From a virus (lineage: Duplodnaviria > Caudoviricetes): a stretch of 25,616 nucleotides of DNA. Of this stretch, positions 1-8,767 are shown one piece after another. Position 1 is the stretch's first letter. Every line of letters begins with the position of its first letter. The stretch lies in the IMG/VR virus record IMGVR_UViG_3300033067_000636, positions 1 through 25,616 of that record. One strand, given 5' to 3'. The translations under genes and the position numbers were made by a program. A model generated the notes under the pieces. The model did not search any database and had not been told where the DNA came from. It saw only the letters and a program-made list of their open reading frames with translations.

Positions 1-21
1 TGATTCAGCCAGTATTTTCAT
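1..21 (-). CDS. Start of a downstream gene running off the window (MKILAES...)
   Basis: ATG at 21..19 overlaps the TAA of the preceding small ORF (TAATG), with AAGGAAG upstream. Only 7 codons are visible. Confidence 0.35.
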
Positions 22-128
22 TATCGCTTCTTCCTTAGCAAATACACGCAGGCCAGCCCCACCCCCAGCAAAATCACGTTCATGTTCATGGCGATGATGA
101 CGAGGAGGTCGGCGTGGGTAGTGTTCAC
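21..128 (-). CDS. 35-aa predicted single-pass membrane protein (not in the ORF track)
   Basis: Hand translation from GTG 128 gives MNTTHADLLVIIAMNMNVILLGVGLACVYLLRKKR*: a hydrophobic stretch and basic tail. It fills the gap after the fibre gene and is TAATG-coupled to the next start. Confidence 0.5.
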   Translation of the reverse strand: MNTTHADLLVIIAMNMNVILLGVGLACVYLLRKKR

Positions 129-138
129 CGATTCGATT

Positions 139-1638
139 TTACTCAGCGGCGAGCAAACTAAGCCCGCTCAGTTTGGCCTCCAACGCTCGTATGCGTGCAG
201 CCAGCGCCTTGATTGCCGCCATCGCATACCCGTGCGCGTTGACCTCGTTGAGAATGCGTCCGTTCGGATGCGCTTCGTCTGGGTCAGCGCCAAAGATGGG
301 CGAATAATCGGTGATGATGCCGAGGAATTTGGGCTTGCCTAGCCGCTCGTCTTTATAGTAGAACTCAAAAAGCGGTGTATCCAAGATCACATCCAACGCC
401 GCGTTGATGTCAGTGAATTCGCCAATTACGTCTTTCTGGTCGAGCGAACTAGTTTGCGCACCCACCACGGACCCCGCCAAATCGGTAGCCGTTCCGGTTG
501 CGTTGCCGATGCGCAAGACGCCGGGCGTAGCAGAGTTGTCTGGCCAAATGTCGTTGGAATTGCCACCTGCCCCCACAATGCGCATATACCCGCTGCGCCC
601 CGTAGCGTTGCTGTTGCGCCCCAGCGAGATGAAAGGGCCGGATAGGCCAGACCCCAAATCGGCGCTAGACACCCGAATGGCGTCGCCGGTTGCGCTGGCG
701 GGCGGTGTAATAATCAGCCCCAACGACGCCGCCGACACTACAGCAATCGTCTGCGTCGTTGTAAAAGTGTTGGCACCGGAAAACGTATTGGTGCCGGAAA
801 AAGTGTTGTTTGCCCCCCTGAGCGCCGCCGTACCGGTTGCTGGAACCGTCAGCGTAAAGCCGCCCAATGCAATGGTTCCGCCGCCAGTGAACAGGGTGGT
901 TGACCCATCGGTTAGGCCAAAATAGCCCGCAGCCACTTTTTTTGTTGTGCCGCTGGCCGCCTGGCTCGTGTCGCTAATATCGACAAATGGAAGCAGATCC
1001 CCCGCGGCTAGTTGTGCCGCATAGGAGCTTAGCGCTGTAATTTTTGTATTTGCCACTGGAAAAATCCCTTTCGCTTTTAATGCCGTATACCACGCGTCAC
1101 CCATGCGCGAGTAGCCGATAGCTGATGGGTGAATGCCGTCGTTTTGGAGCGATGAATTCATGACTGACGCCATGTCAACCGGCGTAGCCGAGGACAGCCC
1201 CATGATGTGCGAGTTGTAGCTGGTTGTACTAAAACCAGTCATGGGTCCAATTGTCGCTACCAATATGGTCGTGCCAGACCACTTCGCCAAAAGATTACTA
1301 ATAAAAGTGTCAAGCCTACTGTTTAGATTAGCCAGGTCATACGACTGATAAATGTCATTTGTGCCAATGCACAGCAGGATATAAGTTGGTACGGGCGTCG
1401 CATTCATCGCCAGAACAATAGGCGAAACTTCGTCCAAGCGATAGCCGGAGTAGCCAGAATGATCGGGGTGTGTCATGCCGGTAGAATTACTGGTGATGGT
1501 GCCTAGCGACGTGTAAGCGTACCCAATTGTATTCAGGCGCGTTTCTAGCGTGATTCGGTAGCCGCCATTGACATAGCCGCCCAACCCGTCTGCCCCTAGC
1601 GTGATACTGTCGCCAATGCTCAAAATGTAATTTGTCAA
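139..1638 (-). CDS. Tail fibre/spike with N-terminal SGNH/GDSL hydrolase and C-terminal peptidase S74-type intramolecular chaperone
   Basis: SGNH blocks GDSIT, SG, IGTND and DGIHPS in the first ~190 aa. NTF repeats (NNTFSGTNTFSGANTF). C-terminal TSSLDQKDVI...GII...AIKALAARIRALEAK pattern fits S74 chaperones. Lies directly after the tail tip gene; TTG start. Confidence 0.8.
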   Translation of the reverse strand: MTNYILSIGDSITLGADGLGGYVNGGYRITLETRLNTIGYAYTSLGTITSNSTGMTHPDHSGYSGYRLDEVSPIVLAMNATPVPTYILLCIGTNDIYQSYDLANLNSRLDTFISNLLAKWSGTTILVATIGPMTGFSTTSYNSHIMGLSSATPVDMASVMNSSLQNDGIHPSAIGYSRMGDAWYTALKAKGIFPVANTKITALSSYAAQLAAGDLLPFVDISDTSQAASGTTKKVAAGYFGLTDGSTTLFTGGGTIALGGFTLTVPATGTAALRGANNTFSGTNTFSGANTFTTTQTIAVVSAASLGLIITPPASATGDAIRVSSADLGSGLSGPFISLGRNSNATGRSGYMRIVGAGGNSNDIWPDNSATPGVLRIGNATGTATDLAGSVVGAQTSSLDQKDVIGEFTDINAALDVILDTPLFEFYYKDERLGKPKFLGIITDYSPIFGADPDEAHPNGRILNEVNAHGYAMAAIKALAARIRALEAKLSGLSLLAAE

Positions 1639-1650
1639 AGAGACGCCCCG

Positions 1651-4600
1651 TTAGGTTGTAAAAAACACGATGCCATCCACATACATGGTGCCAGAGCCAG
1701 AGCCGTAGTTGGTGAATGAGCGAAAATCACCGCCCGTTGTGATGTTCACGCTGACGGGCAAACCATTCTGGCACACGGTAAATATTCGGTTGTAGTTGGC
1801 TGGCCGATAGCCGCTCGGCAACGAAAAGATAGCATTGCCGGCCGTGATGGTGCCCGACGAGCAATTCAGCGCGCCTGACAAGATTACCATGTCGCCGAAC
1901 TTGCGGTATTTAAGAATGTTCGTTCCATCCGAAGCAATGTTTGTCCCGAAAGACGAGACGTTTGTCCAGCCGTCGCCCAGATTGCCCGCGGCACGAAATT
2001 TAGTTGAATCAGCATAGAGCGATTCTGACCCACTAACGCTAAACTGTAATCTGTCGTTATATTGAGCAAACTGCGTATTGCCTACGGTGCCGGCCACAGT
2101 GACGACTTTTGCGCCATTGTTTGAGCCTTGCTTACCAATGTTCTCGTTCCAAAAGAATGCGCTGCCACTGATGTAGGTGGAAACACCAGTTAGAATTGTC
2201 CCGCCTTGCACCCATTGGATATAAGATGCGTCAAACGCAGTACCCGCGGCATTTAGCAATTGAATACCATTAGAATTCAGCGTGACTGTGCCACCGCCAG
2301 CCGAAACCGTACCGCCTGTGACGAATGCGCCGGTGACGGTGCCACCGCTCATAATGCCGCCCGATACAGTTCCGCCGCTGATGAGTCCACCCGTCACAGT
2401 GCCGCCGTTTATCCGCGAACCAGTAATCGTACCGCCAGAAATGGCATTGCCGGTTACGGTGCCACCACTGACCGTGCCCGCAGTGACAAGCGCGCCCGTA
2501 ACAGTGCCGCCGCTAATTTGACCACCGCTGATTGTACCGCCGGTTACGTTGTTGCCGGTTAGTGACGAAGCAGACACGGTACCTGTAAACGAGCCGTCAG
2601 AGGCGTACACTGTACCATTGAACACACCATCGCTAGCGTAGACTGTACCGGCTATCCATGCCTGTTCAGCGTAGATATTGCCGGTTGTACTGTCCAGCAT
2701 AAAGTTGACGCCAGCAAAGTTTAGGTTGCGACCATCTTCGGTATAGAGCAAGTAGCTGCCTTCATCCGTGATGGCACCCGCACCGGTTGTTGGGTTTACG
2801 CCAAAAATACCGCTATTGTCGATTTGGACGCCGCCATCAGCGAATACATCCGAACTCGTGCGAATGATGGCCGATTCATACACCTCATACACTACATTAT
2901 TTATAGTGCCACTACTGAACCACGGCGCACGCGCTGGGTCTGTGTAAAGTGCGAAAGTTAAGCCGAGTGTGCCAAAGCCAAACAACCCAGCCGTACCGAG
3001 ATAGACGCCAGGATTAGACGAGTTGACGACGCTGCCTGTAGAAATCGTGCCGCCGTTGCTATACAGTTGATTAGCGGCCACTACAAAGCCGCCAATGTTG
3101 CCTACGGTGATATTGGCAGTGCCACCAGTCAGCAAAGCACCGCTGACCGTTCCACCTGTGACTAGACCACCGCTAACCGTTCCACCGCTAATGTAGCCAC
3201 CGTTGATAGTGCCACCATTGATAGTCGAACCGTCAATCGTGCCAGCCGCAACAACGCCAGAGAAGTAGCCATTTGTGGTCCATATACCCCAGCCTGATGG
3301 CGTGATTGTGCCAATGGCAGGCATACCGGTCATGCGCCCCATTTTCGCCTTGACCGTGCCAGCATCAAGGATATAGGACACGCCATAGGTAAAGCCGTTG
3401 GCGTCTTCTAGCCCAACCACAGCGCCGGTATGACCACCGTAGTTTGTCCAGCTAAATGAAGCTGTGCCGCCATCAGTAAACAGTGCCCGTCCGCTAACGA
3501 CATCGCCTAGATTGCCACTGATATTAGACAATCTGCCATAAGGCGTTTTTGGCGGAATACGACCTGTGCCACTTGATGTGCTTGTGCCTGATGAACGCTT
3601 GATGATGTCTAGTACGGTATGCTGCCGGTCGCCACACGTCACTTTAGCGACCATCAGGAATTGACCCTGTTTGCTCATCGTCGGCTGCAAGGCGACTTCC
3701 TGAATCAAATAAATCGCATTGGAGCCGTAACCTTCTTGCACCAAGCTATCGCCACTCTCCAGTACAATATCTTGCGCTGAATCGGCGTAGTAGGTAGACA
3801 GGTTGTTTTCGTAGGTGACTGATTCGATTGTGCGTGTATTGTACAAACCAACTTCGGGACATTGGATCTGAATCAACGTTCCCGGCAATAGTCCGTGTTC
3901 GTATACGTCAAACTGCACTGTTTCACGAGCGAAGGCATATTTATTTAATATGCGCTCTGCATATTCACGCGCCGAAGCAATGCTCGTCAGGTTTTCGTCA
4001 TATACTTTTTGTTCAAAGACGCGACCATAATAGCTTTGGCTGCCGGTGTGCTCTGTCATGGTTTCCACCGGCACACCGTAATAGTAAGAGACGGTAACGC
4101 TACTCCCATTATCGGGAACGCCGCCGGTAGAGCTACGGATGCGTACCGTTCGGTTCTCTAGATTGACCAAGGCAACATAGGTGCCACCTTCATAGGCTAA
4201 TGTATCTTCCGGCTCATATCCTATATTGGTGGCGTAAGTGGAAAATGATGTTGCGCCAATCGTGTAGACAAGCGACCACATTGAATTGACCGGTTGCGAT
4301 AACGGACCAAAAGTATCGCTGATACCATCACCAGTGAATGAATCCGTTTGGCGTACGCCCGCTGAACTTGTGCCACCAACGACACTTACCCGATTGACTA
4401 CGTTTGACGTGTCAACTTGACGGCGCAGGCTGTTGTAGGCTACATCAAATGTCGTTGTTCCATTTGGCGCGGTCGTGTCGATGTTGAATGCCGCCGAGCC
4501 AAAACCGTTGTACGTGTCCCAATGCAGGTTTTGGTCAGGCGAGATAAACCAAGCGGCATTAACTCTGTCGGCTAATTGATTGAGCGCTTCGCGCAACGTA

Positions 4601-5055
4601 ACGCGCTCAAATGATATATCTATCTCGTTAACTAGGCTTGCCACGTAGTTTGTGGTAATGAAGCCTTCGCCAGATAGATAGGTGTTGAACAGGTCAGTGA
4701 TGATAGTGTAATCATCATACGCGGTATAGCGCTCATCGACCACAACGCGGTCAAGCAAGACCGACCAATCCTTGCATTGGATTGACCAATTCATTTGGCG
4801 TCTTGATGCAATGCCGATGGACACGGCATCATTTTCGACAATGAAGCCACCAAAGACAGTAGTGCCATCAATGGCGACGGCTGCACGATGCCAGCCAACC
4901 GGTGTATAAGCTGAACCGCCATCCTTCATCTGGAATTCAGCCACACTTGCGTCATTGTTCATCGAATGACGAATGTACAGCGAATCACGCAGCAATAATG
5001 ATGTGCGGTCCTGTCCGTTTATAGAGAGTGTTACGGTATGGCTAGTTGTTGGCAT
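1651..5055 (-). CDS. Tail tip protein: baseplate hub-like N-terminus, Gly/Thr-rich beta-repeat fibre and C-terminal receptor-binding-like domain
   Basis: Immediately follows the tape measure (TAATG overlap at 5055). N-terminal hub-like pattern (TLREALNQLA...WFISPDQNLH, VVNRVSVVGG), pentapeptide repeats, and C-terminal LKYRKFGDMVILSG...IFSLPSGYRP pattern common in phage fibre tips. Confidence 0.75.
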   Translation of the reverse strand: MPTTSHTVTLSINGQDRTSLLLRDSLYIRHSMNNDASVAEFQMKDGGSAYTPVGWHRAAVAIDGTTVFGGFIVENDAVSIGIASRRQMNWSIQCKDWSVLLDRVVVDERYTAYDDYTIITDLFNTYLSGEGFITTNYVASLVNEIDISFERVTLREALNQLADRVNAAWFISPDQNLHWDTYNGFGSAAFNIDTTAPNGTTTFDVAYNSLRRQVDTSNVVNRVSVVGGTSSAGVRQTDSFTGDGISDTFGPLSQPVNSMWSLVYTIGATSFSTYATNIGYEPEDTLAYEGGTYVALVNLENRTVRIRSSTGGVPDNGSSVTVSYYYGVPVETMTEHTGSQSYYGRVFEQKVYDENLTSIASAREYAERILNKYAFARETVQFDVYEHGLLPGTLIQIQCPEVGLYNTRTIESVTYENNLSTYYADSAQDIVLESGDSLVQEGYGSNAIYLIQEVALQPTMSKQGQFLMVAKVTCGDRQHTVLDIIKRSSGTSTSSGTGRIPPKTPYGRLSNISGNLGDVVSGRALFTDGGTASFSWTNYGGHTGAVVGLEDANGFTYGVSYILDAGTVKAKMGRMTGMPAIGTITPSGWGIWTTNGYFSGVVAAGTIDGSTINGGTINGGYISGGTVSGGLVTGGTVSGALLTGGTANITVGNIGGFVVAANQLYSNGGTISTGSVVNSSNPGVYLGTAGLFGFGTLGLTFALYTDPARAPWFSSGTINNVVYEVYESAIIRTSSDVFADGGVQIDNSGIFGVNPTTGAGAITDEGSYLLYTEDGRNLNFAGVNFMLDSTTGNIYAEQAWIAGTVYASDGVFNGTVYASDGSFTGTVSASSLTGNNVTGGTISGGQISGGTVTGALVTAGTVSGGTVTGNAISGGTITGSRINGGTVTGGLISGGTVSGGIMSGGTVTGAFVTGGTVSAGGGTVTLNSNGIQLLNAAGTAFDASYIQWVQGGTILTGVSTYISGSAFFWNENIGKQGSNNGAKVVTVAGTVGNTQFAQYNDRLQFSVSGSESLYADSTKFRAAGNLGDGWTNVSSFGTNIASDGTNILKYRKFGDMVILSGALNCSSGTITAGNAIFSLPSGYRPANYNRIFTVCQNGLPVSVNITTGGDFRSFTNYGSGSGTMYVDGIVFFTT
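2293..2562 (-). repeat. 18 tandem coding pentapeptide repeats, approx. [IV][ST]GG[T/x], in the tail tip protein
   Basis: LTGNN VTGGT ISGGQ ISGGT VTGAL VTAGT VSGGT ... VTGGT VSAGG; 15-nt period, degenerate at DNA level. Confidence 0.9.
3118..3252 (-). repeat. 9 tandem coding pentapeptide repeats in the tail tip protein
   Basis: VAAGT IDGST INGGT INGGY ISGGT VSGGL VTGGT VSGAL LTGGT. Confidence 0.85.
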
Positions 5056-8000
5056 TAACCCATCGTCAATAAAGCACCCGACAGATTTAACTCACGACCT
5101 AGCATGATGGCTAGTTCGCGAAGCTTCTGACGGTCCATTGGTAAATCACTTTCACCGGTCACGACTAATTCGATTCGTGATGTTCGTGTGTTCATCAGTG
5201 CCGCTGTACTTTCAGCGTTATAAGCGCCGGTCTGCGTATCAGCTTGACTTGCACCACTCGTCATAGCCGCGCTTTGAATGGCGCTCATTGGCTCAGATTT
5301 CGGGAATACGAAGTCAGCCAACGAACTCGCAAAATCTTTGATTGCTCGTGCCGCCGAACTGACACCCGATAATATGTCGCCAATCCCTTGCGTGTCGCTG
5401 GCGTTGTAGATGTATCCGCTCGACTGCGGGACGAATAACTCCCGGCCATTTTCTCCAGTCATGTAGGATTGACCAGCGACAACCGGTCCACCACCCGCGC
5501 GACCAGGCACAGGCGACGATTGGTCGATTACGGCATTGGGATTGTTTGGGTCATAAGCGCTGTTTGATTGCGTATTAGTGGTAGTTGAAGGAGTTCCATT
5601 ATTCGTTTGTTGAGTAGGCTGATTCAAATTTCCAATCGCGCTCATGGTTTCCATGAACTTGGCAGCATTGCTCATATATTCATCGTAATTAAACGACAGA
5701 CCAGCCTTCCATGCCTTTAGACCATAATCAAGCGCTTCTACCAAGAGCCGAATAAACTTCAACGAATTTAGTAGCGTTCCTTCGATTTGACTAAAAAACT
5801 CTGTCAATCCTGAGATGAAATTGCTGCCATTCATCTTGGCAGGTGTGTCGAATTTTCCAAAGATGGTATCCCATAGACTCGTAAATGATTGGCCTAGATT
5901 TTTGACTTCGGCAGTAATGTCTGTGCTGAACTGCACAAAGTTCGATTTCATCTCAGGGAAATCTTTTATCCACTGATCGTGCGCGCCAACAATAAAATCA
6001 CTGAATGCTGTTTCCCAAGGCTGCAACTGTGGCGCATGAGTTAGTAGCCAACCATTCATGGATGTCCACAGATCGGTCAGATATTTACTGACACCCGATT
6101 TTCCATCTGAGCCGCCCCAAATCGTAGCCGCCCAATCAGTGAAGCCGGTCCAAGTGCTCTTGATGCCATTCCAAAGGATGGTGCGCTTCGCGGGGTCAGT
6201 CACCCAACTAGATAGGTAATTCCAGAATGTCACCAGGTAAGGCGAGACCGCGTTTGTAATGTATGCTGCCCAGTCCCAAATAAATGACCAAGTGCTCTTG
6301 ATGCCATTCCAAAGGATGGTGCGCTTCGCGGGGTCAGTCACCCAACTAGATAGGTAATTCCAGAATGTCACCAGGTAAGGCGAGACCGCGTTTGTAATGT
6401 ATGCTGCCCAGTCCCAAATAAATGACCAAGTACTTTTGATACCGTTCCATAGTGTTGTCCGCTTTTGCTCATCTGTCACCCAAGATAATAGCCATGCCCA
6501 AAACTCGGACAGGTAGGGGCTGACCGCGCCGACAATGTATTGCGCCCAATCGGAGAATGCCGTCCAGCCAGCGACGATGGCGTTGTAAAGCGTCGTGCGT
6601 TTGGCGGGGTCAGTCACCCATGATGCCAAATAATTCCAGAATTCAGCCAAATAGGGGCTGACCGCATCCCAAATAATACCGGCCCACTTGACAAAAAAGT
6701 CCCACGTTGCCACAATCCCGCCCCATAGGATTGTTCGTTTTGCTGGGTCTGTTACCCACGATGATAGGTAGTTCCAGAAAGTAAGCAGGTAAGGCGAAAC
6801 CGCGTCCCAAATCGCACCGGCCCAACTGGTAAATACATTCCATGTCGAGACAATACCGTTCCATAACTGGCTGCGCTTGGACGGGTCCGTCACCCATGAT
6901 GATAGCGCGCTAAACAGCTCGCCCAGCTTCGGCCCCACATAATCCCATACCGCACCGGCCCAGCGCGCGAACCAATCCCAACCCGTACTTAATGCCGTGC
7001 CAATAGTGGAAGCGCTGGGGTTGCGAATCCAGTTGGCCAGATTGGTGATTGCCGCGCTCAGTCCTGGCTCAATCCAAGTCCAGATGTCGGCGGCCCACTC
7101 TCCAAACACTTCGCCCAATGTCGAAAGAATGGACGGTAGCCCCCCGGCGCTCTTGCTGGCGAAGCGGTCGAACAACCCAATGACGCGCGTGATTACGCCC
7201 TGAACCTTGTCCCAGGCTCGTTCAAAGCGAGCGGCGAATGGCTTAAAGTCCATGCCAAGCAGATTATTTAGTTTTGACGTAAGGAACTGGACAACCTTCC
7301 GCGCTAGCGGCGAGAATGCTTGGCCCATTACGATTTTGAGCGTATCAAATGAGCCGCTCAATTGTTCTACGTCGCCTGCCAAGTTATCAAGCCGGGTTGC
7401 CGCCATCTTGGCCGCATCCGCTTTGTTGATTTTGTCAAGGATGCCGGAGAATCCGCTAATACCCGCTTTGGCTAAAGCCGCTGCCGCGCGTGACGCATCA
7501 GCGCCAAAAATGTTGGTCAGCGCTGAACTTTTGGCCTCATCGCTCAAGCCGCCCAGCGCCTTTTGCAGGATGCCAGCAACCTCGGTCATGTTTTTCATGC
7601 TGCCGTCAGTGTTGAAAAAGGCGTTTTGGCCGGTCTTGAGCGACGCATTCAGCACGTCGATTTGGCCCTTGATGTCATGGGCGCGCTTTTCGTAATTCTT
7701 GGACGTGGGGTCTAAGCCAGCCAACTCCTTTTCATATTTGGCAATCTTGGCCTTGGCGTCGTCGTACTCTTTGCCAGATAGACCGGTGAATAAGCCAAGC
7801 GCCCGCATAGCGTCCGTGGCTTCATTTGACTGGGGGACCAAGCGTTGCAGGAAAGTCTTGAACGACGTACCGGCGTCCTGCGCGCTCCCGAATGACGGCA
7901 TGATTGTGGCAATCGTGGCGTTAAAATCATTGAAAGAAACGCCGGTTTCGGCGGCAATTCCACCAGCAGCAGCCAGCGCCAACGCATAGCCGTTGATGGT

Positions 8001-8549
8001 CAGGCCATTCGTGTTGGCCGCGCCGGATATGCCGTTGATGGCCTTTTCCATTTCGCTGGCTGGAATACCGAACGCTTTCATTGCCTTGCTGCCGATATTG
8101 GCCGCTGTAGTCAGGTCGCTACCTGTGGCCGCTGCCAAGTCAAACGTTGCCTTAGCCGCCCCGCCCATAATCTCTTGGACTGATAGGCCATCCTGCCCCA
8201 GCATTTCGATGGCTTTACCGGCTTCGGACGCGCTAAACACGGTATCCTTGCCAAGTTGAAGCGCCAAGCTGTTTAGCTGGCTCATCTCCTCGCCTGTCGC
8301 ATTCAGGATTGCTTTCGCGCCCGACATGGTTTTGTCGAATTCGGAAGATGCAGACAGCGCCGACCCAATCCCCGCAGCCATTGCGGCGAACCCAGCAACA
8401 GCCGCGCCAATGCCAAACTTGACGAAGCCACCAAGCGTGTTGCCAACGCCAGAAATTAAGCCATCCGAGCGCTTTAGCGCGGCCTCGAACTGGCTCGAAT
8501 CTGCGGTTAGGCTCGCGTAAAGGCGGGCTACCTCTGTCCCTGCGGTCAT
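5055..8549 (-). CDS. Tail tape measure protein (TP901-family core)
   Basis: 1164 aa, Ala/Gly-rich and helical. LGKDTVFSASEAGKAIEML core, RLDNLAGDVEQLSG, Trp-spaced repeats, C-terminal GRAGGGPV...GENGRELFVP motif. Follows the tail assembly chaperones. Confidence 0.95.
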   Translation of the reverse strand: MTAGTEVARLYASLTADSSQFEAALKRSDGLISGVGNTLGGFVKFGIGAAVAGFAAMAAGIGSALSASSEFDKTMSGAKAILNATGEEMSQLNSLALQLGKDTVFSASEAGKAIEMLGQDGLSVQEIMGGAAKATFDLAAATGSDLTTAANIGSKAMKAFGIPASEMEKAINGISGAANTNGLTINGYALALAAAGGIAAETGVSFNDFNATIATIMPSFGSAQDAGTSFKTFLQRLVPQSNEATDAMRALGLFTGLSGKEYDDAKAKIAKYEKELAGLDPTSKNYEKRAHDIKGQIDVLNASLKTGQNAFFNTDGSMKNMTEVAGILQKALGGLSDEAKSSALTNIFGADASRAAAALAKAGISGFSGILDKINKADAAKMAATRLDNLAGDVEQLSGSFDTLKIVMGQAFSPLARKVVQFLTSKLNNLLGMDFKPFAARFERAWDKVQGVITRVIGLFDRFASKSAGGLPSILSTLGEVFGEWAADIWTWIEPGLSAAITNLANWIRNPSASTIGTALSTGWDWFARWAGAVWDYVGPKLGELFSALSSWVTDPSKRSQLWNGIVSTWNVFTSWAGAIWDAVSPYLLTFWNYLSSWVTDPAKRTILWGGIVATWDFFVKWAGIIWDAVSPYLAEFWNYLASWVTDPAKRTTLYNAIVAGWTAFSDWAQYIVGAVSPYLSEFWAWLLSWVTDEQKRTTLWNGIKSTWSFIWDWAAYITNAVSPYLVTFWNYLSSWVTDPAKRTILWNGIKSTWSFIWDWAAYITNAVSPYLVTFWNYLSSWVTDPAKRTILWNGIKSTWTGFTDWAATIWGGSDGKSGVSKYLTDLWTSMNGWLLTHAPQLQPWETAFSDFIVGAHDQWIKDFPEMKSNFVQFSTDITAEVKNLGQSFTSLWDTIFGKFDTPAKMNGSNFISGLTEFFSQIEGTLLNSLKFIRLLVEALDYGLKAWKAGLSFNYDEYMSNAAKFMETMSAIGNLNQPTQQTNNGTPSTTTNTQSNSAYDPNNPNAVIDQSSPVPGRAGGGPVVAGQSYMTGENGRELFVPQSSGYIYNASDTQGIGDILSGVSSAARAIKDFASSLADFVFPKSEPMSAIQSAAMTSGASQADTQTGAYNAESTAALMNTRTSRIELVVTGESDLPMDRQKLRELAIMLGRELNLSGALLTMG
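6118..7090 (-). repeat. 46-aa (138-bp) Trp-rich tandem repeat array in the tape measure; 6 SWVTD copies plus a degenerate one
   Basis: SWVTD(P/E)xKR recurs with a 138-nt period (e.g. Ser codons at 6899 and 6761). 6150..6287 and 6288..6425 are identical at DNA level. Outer bounds are approximate. Confidence 0.92.
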
Positions 8550-8767
8550 TAAGTCCCTCTACGTTTTTGTTGCTCTAGTCGCAGGCGCGCTAGACGCCAC
8601 CGTGACCACATATACCATTCCATGTGCGTTAGTGGTCCCGGCGCACCCGTGAGCAACTCACGCACTGTTTTAGACATATCTAGAGCCATCTGAAACAGTG
8701 CGTAGTTTTCGGTCGGTAGCAAATTAGCAGTGCCATCATTCGCGCGCGCTAGGAACCAGGTCCAACT
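8549..8767 (-). CDS. Frameshifted C-terminal extension of the tail assembly chaperone (lambda gpT-like part of gpGT)
   Basis: The -1 frame is open from the A-run (KKSWTWFLARAND...FQMALDMSKTVRELL...EWYMW) to a TAA overlapping the tape measure ATG. Confidence 0.8.
   Translation of the reverse strand, partial: SWTWFLARANDGTANLLPTENYALFQMALDMSKTVRELLTGAPGPLTHMEWYMWSRWRLARLRLEQQKRRGT

Noticed and set aside
2260-2562. Plus-strand ORFs with TVPP repeats
   Set aside because: They are the reverse complement of the GGTV repeats in the tail tip gene.
6150-6431. Direct repeat considered as a CRISPR array or DGR template/variable repeat
   Set aside because: No spacers, in-frame 138-nt coding period, no adenine-specific mismatches and no reverse transcriptase in the window.
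6997-8520. Series of plus-strand ORFs opposite the tape measure
   Set aside because: Antisense shadows produced by codon bias of the Ala/Gly-rich gene.
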